Origin: Patescibacteria group bacterium
GTDB lineage: Bacteria; Patescibacteriota; Patescibacteriia; JAHIZJ01
Length of the DNA stretch: 64,000 nucleotides
Direction: 5' to 3'
NCBI GenBank assembly: GCA_041650335.1
Contig: JBAZLK010000003.1
Location: 57,765-121,764, forward strand
Of this stretch, positions 27,736-37,783 are shown in pieces. Position 1 is the first letter of the stretch; each line of letters begins with the position of its first letter. The notes under the pieces were generated by a model. That model was given only the letters and a program-made list of their open reading frames with translations, was not told where the DNA came from and made no database searches. The position numbers were made by a program, and so were the translations under genes.

Positions 27736-29322
27736 ATGGAAAACGAGCCACCACAACAACCGATCGCCAAGTTCGTCCACGCCTATCAACAGCCAAATCT
27801 CGACTTCGCCGCTTTCCCGTCCGAGCCCCGTATCCAGGTCAGTCAGATGGCCAGCCGGATGGCTTTTATTTATGAACGGATCCGCAACGCGCTTGAATAT
27901 CAGGAGCTTCATCTGATCCGAAAGAACGCCATTGAACGGATAATGAAACGGCGCCTGATGACGCGGGTAAAGCCGTCAGAGCTTGGCCAGGACCTGATTT
28001 ATGAACTTATCCGCGGCCGCTATCTGCCCGACAAACAAGTTCCGGAACATAAAATTGCCGACGTTACGAATATTCTCAATAAATACTTCTACCTTTTTAA
28101 CCGGATCGGCGTCTATCAAAAAGGCGGGGAAAAACGAAAAACGTACAAATGGCTCATTGGCGTTGCAGCCGCTGAGATCGACCAAACATTGATTTCTTCA
28201 AACAAGATGCAGGCGTTGGCTGAATTCATGTATGCCACCATCCAAAAAAACATCCAGCTCGACCAGAAAATACCAGACTTGGAAAAAAACATCCAAATCT
28301 ATCTCGCCGTTCAGCGGGCACTCCTGCGCTCGGATCAGTCGATCCTCCGCTATCAACTCTTTCTCTATTACAATCAGGGCTGGTATCAGGCTGACCGGGC
28401 CTTCGTTGAAAAACTGGCTCAAAACCTGCGCGCCATAAAAGGCGAGATTGAACGCCAGATCAGTCATCCGATCGGCGATAATCTCTTTCGCTACCTCAAA
28501 AAATACTGCATCTATTTTCACGTTATGAAAGACGTGGTCGAAGAAGATCCGGCCACGGCGCTGCAGCGCTTTTCGGATTTCTCAAACCTCGAGGTCAGCT
28601 TAAAAAAAGCCTGTGCGGAACGGTATAACCAAGCCCGACGGAAGCTTCGAACCGGAGCGGTCCGGGCAATTATCTACATCTTCATTACTAAAATGATGCT
28701 GGCGCTGATCATGGAAGTGCCGTACGACCTCTATTTGAAAGGTGAAACAAATTTGTATCATCTCGGTCTGAATGTTGTGTTTCACCCGCTCCTGCTGTTT
28801 CTCGTCGCCTTGACCGTCCGGATCCCGGCTGAAGAAAACACCGCCCAGATTATCACCGGGGTGAAAAGCATCCTGGCCCGAGGCGATGCCGGTGAAATCT
28901 TGATCCAACGCATTGTCCGGCGACGGAAAATACTCACGACAGCTTTCAACTTTTTTTACGTCGTGATCTTTCTGGTGACCTTCGGAGCGATTATCTATAT
29001 TCTGAACCGCTTTAATTTCAATGAGCTCAGTATCGCTTTGTTCCTGCTGTTTTTAACACTGGTCAGCTTTTTTGGCATCAAGATGCGCGAAGAGGCGAAA
29101 GAGTATATCGTCGTCGGCCGCCGGGAAAGCACGCTCGGATTTATTATCGACCTCTTTTCCATGCCGATTGTTCGGGCCGGCCGCTGGATCAGCTTAAAAT
29201 CACCAAAAGTAAATGTGCTGCTTTTCGTTTTCGACTTTATTATCGAGGCGCCCTACAAGACATTCGTCAATATTTTTGACGAATTGACAAAGTTTATTCG
29301 CGAGAAAAAAGAAGAGTTATAA
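27736..29322 (+). CDS. hypothetical protein with ~300-aa soluble N-domain and 4-5 C-terminal TM helices
   Basis: 528-aa frame with no recognisable motif. Hydrophobic helices in the last ~200 aa. Confidence 0.5.
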   Translation: MENEPPQQPIAKFVHAYQQPNLDFAAFPSEPRIQVSQMASRMAFIYERIRNALEYQELHLIRKNAIERIMKRRLMTRVKPSELGQDLIYELIRGRYLPDKQVPEHKIADVTNILNKYFYLFNRIGVYQKGGEKRKTYKWLIGVAAAEIDQTLISSNKMQALAEFMYATIQKNIQLDQKIPDLEKNIQIYLAVQRALLRSDQSILRYQLFLYYNQGWYQADRAFVEKLAQNLRAIKGEIERQISHPIGDNLFRYLKKYCIYFHVMKDVVEEDPATALQRFSDFSNLEVSLKKACAERYNQARRKLRTGAVRAIIYIFITKMMLALIMEVPYDLYLKGETNLYHLGLNVVFHPLLLFLVALTVRIPAEENTAQIITGVKSILARGDAGEILIQRIVRRRKILTTAFNFFYVVIFLVTFGAIIYILNRFNFNELSIALFLLFLTLVSFFGIKMREEAKEYIVVGRRESTLGFIIDLFSMPIVRAGRWISLKSPKVNVLLFVFDFIIEAPYKTFVNIFDELTKFIREKKEEL

Positions 29323-29419
29323 TATTCGGTAATTCATAAAAAAGAAAAGAGGCGGTCCAACCCGGTTGGGTGGAAACGCCTCGTTTGTGATTCACTAGGA
29401 ATCACGGGAACAATGAAGT

Positions 29420-32400
29420 CTACTTTCTCGGCAGCGAGTGAATGCCACCCTGGCCCTGCCGTTCATGGAGATCCCAGGCGTAGCTGGCGAGCTGCGCCGG
29501 ATCGATCGGGTCGCCATCAACGTACAAGAACAGGATATTGGCATCATCAACGTGGTGCAGCTGCGCTTGGGCGTACTTGGAGGGCATGCAGCCCTGGGGA
29601 CAGACGGCCACACCGCCATGACGCAGGTCCACGATGGTCAGGGCCGCCTCTCCTTCAGGCGCGCCTTCAAAGTACGGTTTGACCGCTTCCATTACCGGCT
29701 CGATCCTGGTGTGCGTGTTCCGGCCAATCGCCCGAGCGACGACCCGGTCCAGGCGCCAGAATACCCACCACTGCAGGAGGGCCTTCAGGCTGACCGCGAC
29801 GCGATTGAACTGATCGCGCTTATGGCCGTGCCCTTGGGTCCAGGTGAGATACTGGATCCATTCGTGGATCGTTGAGCGCCGAACCCTGACATTGTGGTCA
29901 GCCAGTATTCTGACTACATTGCCATTGGCATGGGGATCTCTGACCACGTAGATCTCGCCCGAGAGGTGTCCCTGGACGACATTGGCCGCCCGCTCAGGAT
30001 CAATCCAGATCGACTGAAACTCACGGACGACTCGGTCCAAGAAACCGGGCAGCCCCCAGTCGCACAGCCAATCTCGGATCTGACCCGGCAAGCGCTGGGC
30101 TACCGGACGAACCTTCAACTGCTCTACCGCTCGTGCCATCGCCCACTGATACACTCGATCGACGTCAGCCGGGTTCCGGGCGATCGGCAGATAGTAGCAC
30201 CAGAGCTCATCCAGCAGATCAGCCAGCATGACTGCGGCGCAAGCCTTGAGCCGCAGGTGCTTTCCCACGCCGTCATAGGCATTGTCCGATGAAGTAGCAA
30301 ACAGGTGAACTGCCTGCGCTGGATCCAGCTGGGTCAGAATGATCCCGTGCTGCGTCCGGTAGGAACCGAAGCGGCAGGGACCAGTCGTCGCCGGCATGAA
30401 CCAGTAGAAGTGTTTGATCTCGGGATATCGCGGCAGAACCTCCCGAACCATGTGCTCGAGAACGCCGGTCACGTACATGTACGGGACGCACTCTTTGCCG
30501 GTCGCGTACCGGCCGCGACCCAGACGGAGTATCCGGTCATCGGTCGGCGGCGCCGCGATTACCCTGATGCCGATTGACGAATAGACCGCGGTCAGCAAGG
30601 GCTCAAGGTTGCCAAACTGGCACAGAACCAGAGCTGATTCGGGGTCATTCGGATCAAACGGCTTCCCCGTGTCGTGTTCCTGCAGCAAGGTGAGGTCCGT
30701 GACCAGCGCGCGCTGGTCGCCCTCTCTCAAGTGATGTCGCATGGCGTAGACGCTTGACTGAATCCGCGTCGTAAAGCCGCCCATGCCCGTATGCCCATCG
30801 GTCTCGATGATGCAGTAGGGCACGTCGGCGATGTACCGCAGCCAGTGCTCCAGAAACGCGTCCGGCCCGCAGGAGTAGCAGGTGATCATCAGGGGGTAAA
30901 CGCCGGGTCGCCGGTGCAGATCAACCACCGCCCTGAGAATCCTCTGCCCCTCGCCCCAGTACACTAGGTCGAGAAAAGGCGTGGTCGGATCCACCGGGTA
31001 GCAGTCAACCGGAATGGCCACGACGCCGCTACCCTGGATGATCTCTGGGATCTGCCCATTGATCGCCGGGGAGAGCGTGGCATAGAGCCGGCCCAGCACC
31101 ACGACGGCCGGGACGCGATGTTCTGCGGCATAATCCAGAGCGCGCTGACCGATCGCCAGACAATGCTCTTGGAAATCCCGCTGCACCCCAACGGCCAAGT
31201 AAAAAGCCCGAAGGCTTTCTGCTTTGGTGCGGCCCAGCTCCCGTCCCATCGAGACAAACACTCGTCGCACTTCCTCGCTCGTCTGCCAATTCAGGCCGAA
31301 CTTGATCACCGGCCTCAGGATCTTCATCCCGGAACCCGATGAATCGTTCGGAATCACTCCGTTGATGGCGGCAGCCACCAGCTCGGGCGTTCCCTGAACC
31401 AGCGGGCACGTACTGCCGATGTCGCAGCCGCTCTCCCGAGGCAGTAGGACCACCTTGGGAAAGAAGATCAGATCAACGCCCAGTTCAACCGCCTCGTCAG
31501 CCAGACCATGGGCAACCTTGACCGGCGCACACATGTCTTTGCCTAAACTGATTTCCTCGCCCCGCTTGAGGGTTTTGGTGGTCGGTTCAAGCACTTTGAC
31601 ATTCACGCCGAGGTTGGCCAAGAACGAACTGAATAGGGGCATGAACCGGACGTTGGCCAGAGTCAGCGGAACCGCCACGGTTGGTTGCCCGGCTCGATCC
31701 ACCGGTAAGGCCCGAATCAAAGCATCATGAAGTTTGCGCCGTTCGTCAAACGGCTTTGGCGCGTCAGTCGGCAGTCTGTTTCTGGTGTTTCCTTCGTGCA
31801 GCGGGCACATACCGCCTGACTTAACCGTCACCGTCTGATCGCCGATTGACACCTTCGTCCGCTCAATCCTGCACTTGGCACCGCATTCGCGGTTGCCGCA
31901 TACAAAGCTTGAGCGTTCGACAACCTCTGCCGCCAGAAATCGCCCGAGATCAAACGTCTGATCCAGAACAATCTGTTCCTGACGGCATTGCTCCAGCGTC
32001 AACAAGGCGATACCGATAGCCCCGGTAGCGCCTGGCCGAGGTGGTACGATTACCTTTCGACCAGTTACCGCCGCGATCGCCATAGGCAAGGCGATGTTAT
32101 TCACCGGCATGCCGAGCGCGAAGATGACCTCTTCCAGTCCCAGCTGTCCGACCAGCCGGTTTAACCAGTTGTAGGCAATGAAGTAGAAGCGACCGGCGGC
32201 GATGTCTTGGACGGTAAAGCCCTCACCCAACGCCCGGTCAGCAATGTCCCCAGAGAAGACGACACAGGTCTGACCCATGTCGATCGGCTCCCGCGAGTCG
32301 AGCGCCCACCGGCCAAATTCCTGAATCGTCGTATTCATCCGTCTCGCGTCGTACTCAACTTCAGATCCGGTTCCGGCAGAACAGGCTCGGTTCATGTCTG

Positions 32401-33757
32401 AACCAACCGGCACTCCGTTCCGAATATTGATCACCTTAGCATCCTGGCCGCCCAGCTCACAAACCGTAACCGACCGGCCATGCTCAGGATCGTAGTGACA
32501 AGCACCCGTAGCATGGGCGGTGATCTCGGTTTCAACCAGCATCTGATTCCGCAAACCGCCAAAGCAAGCCTCAGCCACGTCGTAGACCGCGCGCCGACCC
32601 GAACCGGTAAAGCCGAGACTGACGATCTGAACTCGGTCTCCGACGGCAGCCAGCATTTGCCGAACGATCAGCTGTGCAGCGGCGACCGGATTGCTGTTGG
32701 TCGGAACGTAGTCGTCCCAGACCCGGCGTCCGGTAACGATGTCGATCAAGGCTGCCTTGGTTCCGGTTGAGCCGGAATCAATGCCAAGCGCGGCTTGTCC
32801 GCTCCAATGTGCCAGATCAAAATCCGGCTCGGTCAGCTTCTGGACCAGGTGAGCCGCCGTGTTAAGCGGCTTAAACGAACGGATGCTCCGAGACTTAGGA
32901 CGAACGACAGTTGCTGAATCAGCGGTGTAGCTCGACACCTGACCAGCCACGACCAAATCAGCCGCGATCAATCCCGCACCCCAGGCTTCGAAATAGTCAG
33001 CCTCGGGATGGATTTCAATCGTCGGCTGGCCGATCATCGACTGGAGAGAGTCTATAACCGGCTGATTCTTGGTCACGCCACCGATTACGATCACCCGCCC
33101 GTCAATCGAGTTCTTCCTAAACAGGGCGTAAACAGATGCGGCAATGCCTCGGAAATAGCTCTTCAGCAAGACCGCAATGTCTTCGCCCGCATTGGCTAGG
33201 TGAGTGATCTCAGACTGGGCGAACGCCGCACAGCGCGGAACGAACTCAACCACTCGGTCAGTTGCCTGCGCCGCAGTAATCGCCTCGGGTACGTTCATGC
33301 CGGCTCTGGCGCATTGCTTCTCAACCGCTTCACCCGTGCCAGCCGAACACTTTTCAGCCAGCGAATTAGAGTATTCACCACCTTGGTTGCGCGTGAGCAC
33401 GCTGTAGCCCCCGGCGCTGATCCGAATCAGGTTGATCGGCTCGTGGCCGACACCCTCAATCGGAGGAAAGAAATACTCGCAGGCACGATTCAGAGCCGCA
33501 TCTCTGGGAATGTCACTTTGAACTTGTCCCCCAAGAATGCTGCCCAAGCTGCCGGTCGCCACCACCTTACGAATCCGTGAATGGTCCAGTCGCGCCCAGA
33601 TCTGGCCGACCGCCTCACTCGGATTGCGCTGATGGTGGCACAGCATTTCGTCAACCTTCAGCCAGCTTCCATCAGATCGCTCCAGGACGATCGCCGCCAC
33701 GGTAGTCCGCCCGACTTTCAGGCCGACTACCTGGTCTTTCTGAGCCACACTGATCAT
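29420..33757 (-). CDS. giant fusion protein with two BadF/BadG/BcrA/BcrD-type ATPase (dehydratase-activase) domains plus a Cys-rich 2-hydroxyacyl-CoA-dehydratase-like C-terminal region
   Basis: Domain 1: KCSAGTGEAVE, AQSEITH, IGGVTKNQ (compare HgdC KCAAGTG / ESEVIS / TGGVAQN). Domain 2: LGIDSGSTGTKAAL, ELGGQDAKVI, RACSAGTGSE. The last ~800 aa carry CxxC-type clusters and CRFGSY. AGGAGG RBS 4 nt before the start. Confidence 0.7.
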   Translation of the reverse strand: MISVAQKDQVVGLKVGRTTVAAIVLERSDGSWLKVDEMLCHHQRNPSEAVGQIWARLDHSRIRKVVATGSLGSILGGQVQSDIPRDAALNRACEYFFPPIEGVGHEPINLIRISAGGYSVLTRNQGGEYSNSLAEKCSAGTGEAVEKQCARAGMNVPEAITAAQATDRVVEFVPRCAAFAQSEITHLANAGEDIAVLLKSYFRGIAASVYALFRKNSIDGRVIVIGGVTKNQPVIDSLQSMIGQPTIEIHPEADYFEAWGAGLIAADLVVAGQVSSYTADSATVVRPKSRSIRSFKPLNTAAHLVQKLTEPDFDLAHWSGQAALGIDSGSTGTKAALIDIVTGRRVWDDYVPTNSNPVAAAQLIVRQMLAAVGDRVQIVSLGFTGSGRRAVYDVAEACFGGLRNQMLVETEITAHATGACHYDPEHGRSVTVCELGGQDAKVINIRNGVPVGSDMNRACSAGTGSEVEYDARRMNTTIQEFGRWALDSREPIDMGQTCVVFSGDIADRALGEGFTVQDIAAGRFYFIAYNWLNRLVGQLGLEEVIFALGMPVNNIALPMAIAAVTGRKVIVPPRPGATGAIGIALLTLEQCRQEQIVLDQTFDLGRFLAAEVVERSSFVCGNRECGAKCRIERTKVSIGDQTVTVKSGGMCPLHEGNTRNRLPTDAPKPFDERRKLHDALIRALPVDRAGQPTVAVPLTLANVRFMPLFSSFLANLGVNVKVLEPTTKTLKRGEEISLGKDMCAPVKVAHGLADEAVELGVDLIFFPKVVLLPRESGCDIGSTCPLVQGTPELVAAAINGVIPNDSSGSGMKILRPVIKFGLNWQTSEEVRRVFVSMGRELGRTKAESLRAFYLAVGVQRDFQEHCLAIGQRALDYAAEHRVPAVVVLGRLYATLSPAINGQIPEIIQGSGVVAIPVDCYPVDPTTPFLDLVYWGEGQRILRAVVDLHRRPGVYPLMITCYSCGPDAFLEHWLRYIADVPYCIIETDGHTGMGGFTTRIQSSVYAMRHHLREGDQRALVTDLTLLQEHDTGKPFDPNDPESALVLCQFGNLEPLLTAVYSSIGIRVIAAPPTDDRILRLGRGRYATGKECVPYMYVTGVLEHMVREVLPRYPEIKHFYWFMPATTGPCRFGSYRTQHGIILTQLDPAQAVHLFATSSDNAYDGVGKHLRLKACAAVMLADLLDELWCYYLPIARNPADVDRVYQWAMARAVEQLKVRPVAQRLPGQIRDWLCDWGLPGFLDRVVREFQSIWIDPERAANVVQGHLSGEIYVVRDPHANGNVVRILADHNVRVRRSTIHEWIQYLTWTQGHGHKRDQFNRVAVSLKALLQWWVFWRLDRVVARAIGRNTHTRIEPVMEAVKPYFEGAPEGEAALTIVDLRHGGVAVCPQGCMPSKYAQAQLHHVDDANILFLYVDGDPIDPAQLASYAWDLHERQGQGGIHSLPRK

Positions 33758-33939
33758 TCACTGCCTCCTTCTATTCGTGTTCACTGATTGCCCTACCTAC
33801 GTAAAAACACGGGTTTTCAAAGACCGTGTTTATCTTTATTTTTAAGCCAATTTGGCTATATACCTTGTAGCAGGTATATGTCGTATTGTCAAAAAAGAAA
33901 AAATGGCTCAAACCGTGTCGGTCGAGCCAAGAAGAAAGA

Positions 33940-35010
33940 TCACACGTCGATGTGGCGACGGAAGTACCGTTCCTCCACGGGCTGGAAGAGGCGGGTTGCC
34001 TCTGCCAGATCAACGCGATGCATCCATTGCAGCGTGCGGATCACGTTGGTCGGCGTCACATTGACGACCTGAGGAGTAAACCAGCCGAGATGGTAGAGAT
34101 GACCGAGAGGCGTGTCGAAGACCTTGACCTGGCCGCGAACGAACACAGCCAGTGCAAAGACCCCGCCGAGCAGCCCGTGTTCGCACCCCCACTGATCGAT
34201 CGGCGCCATACACTTCTCGTCAGTGATCGAGGCCAGCTGATACGCTTCCATAGCCTCGAGAATCTGAGCTTTGGTCAGAGGCTTCTCTTCCCGACCGATC
34301 GCCCAGAGATGAGGGCTGTGCATACCTTGAACCGGCAGCTTCATGGCATCGGTGACGATCCGAAGCCCCGGCAGCAGCCTGCCCACGTCACCGCCGTGGT
34401 GCGTCCCATACTCATCATCGTCGAAGTCGCTGAACGATGGACCAGTGCACACTTTCGGGTTGCCGCGGTCCGTGTCCCGCCGGTTGAAGCCAGCCACGAC
34501 CAGTACGAGATCCGCGCCTGCCTTCTGGAGAATGCGGATGGCCGTCACCGCGCTGTGGTCGTTACAGGAAGCGTTCTGAAGCCAGACCTCAGCGAGCGAC
34601 TGGTCGTCATCCACACCGAGACAGGTGATCTTGCCGAAGCCGTGTTCCGCGCCCTGTGCGATGAACCGTCTCGTGCCATCATCATACTTCCGGTACAGCT
34701 CCTCCTGGAGGGCTAGAGCATTGTCCGTGCAGTCGATGATGACGGTCGAGCCACCGATCGCGTCTTCCACCCCCATGGGCTTGAACCTCTGGCTCTCGAA
34801 GGCAGGAATCATGTCCGGCCAGGTGGCCAGCCGGACACCGCCCGCGACGAGCTCGTGCAGGACCGAACGATGCGTGATCTTGCCCTTGTCGCCGGCTCTC
34901 TTCACGAGAAAGACGTTCTCGAGACCGAATCCCTCACGGAACTCCGCCAGGATTCTCGCGGTTCTCCTGCCGATCGTGCTTGACCCAACGACTGTTACGC
35001 TGCCCATCAT
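33940..35010 (-). CDS. NAD(P)-binding dehydrogenase with GAPDH/semialdehyde-dehydrogenase-like catalytic Cys
   Basis: N-terminal Rossmann VTVVGSSTIGRRTARIL. LQNASCNDHSAV resembles the GAPDH active site (NASCTTN). GAGGAGG RBS. Confidence 0.5.
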   Translation of the reverse strand: MMGSVTVVGSSTIGRRTARILAEFREGFGLENVFLVKRAGDKGKITHRSVLHELVAGGVRLATWPDMIPAFESQRFKPMGVEDAIGGSTVIIDCTDNALALQEELYRKYDDGTRRFIAQGAEHGFGKITCLGVDDDQSLAEVWLQNASCNDHSAVTAIRILQKAGADLVLVVAGFNRRDTDRGNPKVCTGPSFSDFDDDEYGTHHGGDVGRLLPGLRIVTDAMKLPVQGMHSPHLWAIGREEKPLTKAQILEAMEAYQLASITDEKCMAPIDQWGCEHGLLGGVFALAVFVRGQVKVFDTPLGHLYHLGWFTPQVVNVTPTNVIRTLQWMHRVDLAEATRLFQPVEERYFRRHIDV

Positions 35011-35186
35011 TGACCTCCTCGATGGCCGCATACACCCGGGTAATCGCTTCGAACACAACTCGTTCCTCGGAACGAAAGAAGGCCTGAGTTACCCTCCCCT
35101 GCCTTCTTACCAATCAAATAGTATTACGTATGATAAAGTATGACAAGTGCTTTTTTCCACAGCATTGCTGTTAAAAATACATAGCT

Positions 35187-35606
35187 GTGATAGAATGTTG
35201 TTACATTTGCGTTTTTTTGGTGTTCTGTCGGCAAAGGTTGGTAAAAAATATTCGTGGTTTTTTTCTTTTTCCCCTCATGATTTTTATCGGTCAATTTTTT
35301 GAGATATTAGCCATCGATCGGCAAAAAACAGCCGCTGAATTTCAGCTGCCGTCTTTCGAATTGCCCGAGATCGATTATGCCGGTCTGGCCATTAACGGGG
35401 CGATGTGGCTGGCGATCTTTTTGGCGTTTTTTATGTTAAGCCGGATGATCTTCCATATCTATAAGCTCGCCGTTGCCGGCGCTGACGATGAAAACCGAGA
35501 AATGGCAAAGGATAATATTAAGAAAAATATCGGGTTTTTCCTTCTGGCATCGCTTTCGTGGATGGCCTTGTCTTTCTTCCAGCACGGTATCTCGCAATAT
35601 TTTTAG
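35187..35606 (+). CDS. hypothetical membrane protein
   Basis: 139-aa frame with 3 predicted TM helices. Confidence 0.35.
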   Translation: MIECCYICVFLVFCRQRLVKNIRGFFLFPLMIFIGQFFEILAIDRQKTAAEFQLPSFELPEIDYAGLAINGAMWLAIFLAFFMLSRMIFHIYKLAVAGADDENREMAKDNIKKNIGFFLLASLSWMALSFFQHGISQYF

Positions 35607-35793
35607 GCATTCCATACGCCGACATTTCCTTAACGCTCGGCGCTGTCAGGAATTTCTTTGCCGGCAAGCAGGCTTAAATAGGCCGAATATTGTCGCTTAT
35701 CCCAACCGGAGCGCCTATTATTTGTCAATTATTGGAAAATATATTATAATGTACTGGCAGACGGCATTATTTTATCCATATTTAGGCACAATA

Positions 35794-36258
35794 ATGTCAG
35801 ACGAAAAATTTGTCACTCAATTAAAAGACTTAGACACGACAAAACAAAACACTGAGTCTGATGATAGTGTGAATTTATTCACGTCAGATGACGGCGAGGG
35901 CGATGTTTACTTAGAAGAAGATTATTCCGGCCAGCTGGCCGTTGATGTCTACCAAACGCCTAAGGACATTGTCATTAAATCGACCATCGCCGGCGTACAA
36001 CCCGAGGATCTCGACATCACCATTAATAATGACATGGTCACGATCAAGGGCATCCGCCGGAAAGAGGAGGTTGTCGCCGACGAAGACTATATCTACAACG
36101 AATGCCACTGGGGCGGTTTTTCCCGCTCGATTATTTTACCAGTCGATATCAAAGAAGACCGCGTCAAGGCGAACCTGAAAAACGGTATCTTGACCATTGT
36201 CCTCCCGAAAGCCGGAAAATCAAAAGTCCGCGTTGTTGAAGTCCACGAAGAAACATAA
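35794..36258 (+). CDS. small heat shock protein, Hsp20/alpha-crystallin family
   Basis: Alpha-crystallin domain: LAVDVYQTPKDIVIKSTIAGVQPEDLDITINNDMVTIKGIRRKEE...GGFSRSIILPVDIKEDRVKANLKNGILTIVLPK. Confidence 0.85.
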   Translation: MSDEKFVTQLKDLDTTKQNTESDDSVNLFTSDDGEGDVYLEEDYSGQLAVDVYQTPKDIVIKSTIAGVQPEDLDITINNDMVTIKGIRRKEEVVADEDYIYNECHWGGFSRSIILPVDIKEDRVKANLKNGILTIVLPKAGKSKVRVVEVHEET

Positions 36259-36274
36259 TTTTATACGGATCACT

Positions 36275-37501
36275 ATGCAAAGACGCCTTTTCATTCTTGT
36301 CCTCCTTTGCCTGGCTGCGGCCAGTGTTATTACGACCCTGACCGTCCGGGCTGATTCGTTGAGCGGCAACGACGAGACCGGGTTAACAAACAAAGATCTG
36401 CGAACCGCCCGAACCGACGTTCAAAACAGCAAGCAATTTTTCCGCGATGCGAAAATAAATTGGGAAAAAGCGCGCGACGCCTATCAAGAAGACCCCAGCG
36501 CGAGCAACCTGGAATCAGCCAAGAAGTACGCTGTTCAGCTGATCAAACAGGCAATCGACGTTTTCGATAAACACTATTTCCTCCTGGCCGCTCGGCTGAA
36601 GAATTCGACAGGCCTCGCCGAGGCCGAGCGAGCGACCATGCTTACTGATTTGACCACTGAGCAGGTCTGGCTTCAAACTCAGCGCGTGGCAATATCTGAA
36701 ACCAATGATCCAGCCGTCATCACTGATATCGCCAACCGGCTGAATACCTATCGGACAGAGAAAAGCGTTTTCGTAAAAAAGGTGGTTGGCGTTATCGTCA
36801 GCAGCCGGATCCAAACAATTCTGACTCAAATGAACGACGCCACCGCTCGCGTCGATGATGATGTGACGATATTAACCGCTCTGCAAAAAGACACCGGATC
36901 GGTAACAAGCCCGCGCGCGGATTTTGCCTTGAAGCTGGCAGCGGCAAAAGAAAAATACCAGCTTGGCCACGATGGTTTCGCGAGCTTGGCAAATGCCGCG
37001 ACAGTGGAACAAGATTTTGAGTCAGCGCTGGCTAAGCTCCGCGAGTCCGGCGAGAAACTTACCGACGCCAAAACATCGTTGGATCAAATTATCGCCGAAC
37101 TGAAAAAAGTGAAAGCCTCGCGGGTCGGCGGCAATGGCAAGCTGTCCGTGACTGGAGAGGGAAGTTTCGTCATTTCGGCGAGCGAGGGCACGGTGACAAT
37201 TGCCGCTGGGAAAACGCCGACGCTCGAGGTTTTTGATCGCGCCGGCGATTGCACGGTTGAAACACAGGGCGCCGCGACCAAAATACCGGCTGGCCGGAAA
37301 ACGAGTTATTCCGGGTTTACCCAGGCAACCATCACCGGCACGGATTTCTTGCTTCTCTATACCGGCGCGACGACCGAACTGACCGCTGCCGGCACAGGCC
37401 GGGCCTATCTGAAAGGCACCGGCACGTTTCAGGCCGTACCGGACGGCGTGGCGGAAAGCTTCGCGGATGAAGGCGGCGTCATTTTTAACCTTACTCAATA
37501 A
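36275..37501 (+). CDS. secreted hypothetical protein
   Basis: Signal peptide MQRRLFILVLLCLAAASVITTLTVRA. Alpha-helical or coiled-coil middle and a beta-rich C-terminal part. Confidence 0.5.
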   Translation: MQRRLFILVLLCLAAASVITTLTVRADSLSGNDETGLTNKDLRTARTDVQNSKQFFRDAKINWEKARDAYQEDPSASNLESAKKYAVQLIKQAIDVFDKHYFLLAARLKNSTGLAEAERATMLTDLTTEQVWLQTQRVAISETNDPAVITDIANRLNTYRTEKSVFVKKVVGVIVSSRIQTILTQMNDATARVDDDVTILTALQKDTGSVTSPRADFALKLAAAKEKYQLGHDGFASLANAATVEQDFESALAKLRESGEKLTDAKTSLDQIIAELKKVKASRVGGNGKLSVTGEGSFVISASEGTVTIAAGKTPTLEVFDRAGDCTVETQGAATKIPAGRKTSYSGFTQATITGTDFLLLYTGATTELTAAGTGRAYLKGTGTFQAVPDGVAESFADEGGVIFNLTQ

Positions 37502-37513
37502 CCGCAGGACTAT

Positions 37514-37783
37514 ATGAGAAAAAAAACGCGCGTTAGTATTATCCTCATTATCGTCATCGTTATTGTTGCGGCTGGCGCCTGGTACTTTTTCTTCCGGTCG
37601 TCATCAAAGAAGGAGACCTCAAAAAACAATACGAACCAGGTCGAGGATCTCGGATACGATAGCGTGCTTGATACAAGCGATCTGAGTAAGATTGATCCGG
37701 CCAGCGCCGTGGATGCGCTTGATCTGGATGTTCAAGATTACGCCCAGCCGGATGTAAGCCTTGAAATTGAGCTGACAAAATGA
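37514..37783 (+). CDS. small single-TM protein
   Basis: RVSIILIIVIVIVAAGAWYFFF. The stop overlaps the next start (ATGA). Confidence 0.4.
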   Translation: MRKKTRVSIILIIVIVIVAAGAWYFFFRSSSKKETSKNNTNQVEDLGYDSVLDTSDLSKIDPASAVDALDLDVQDYAQPDVSLEIELTK

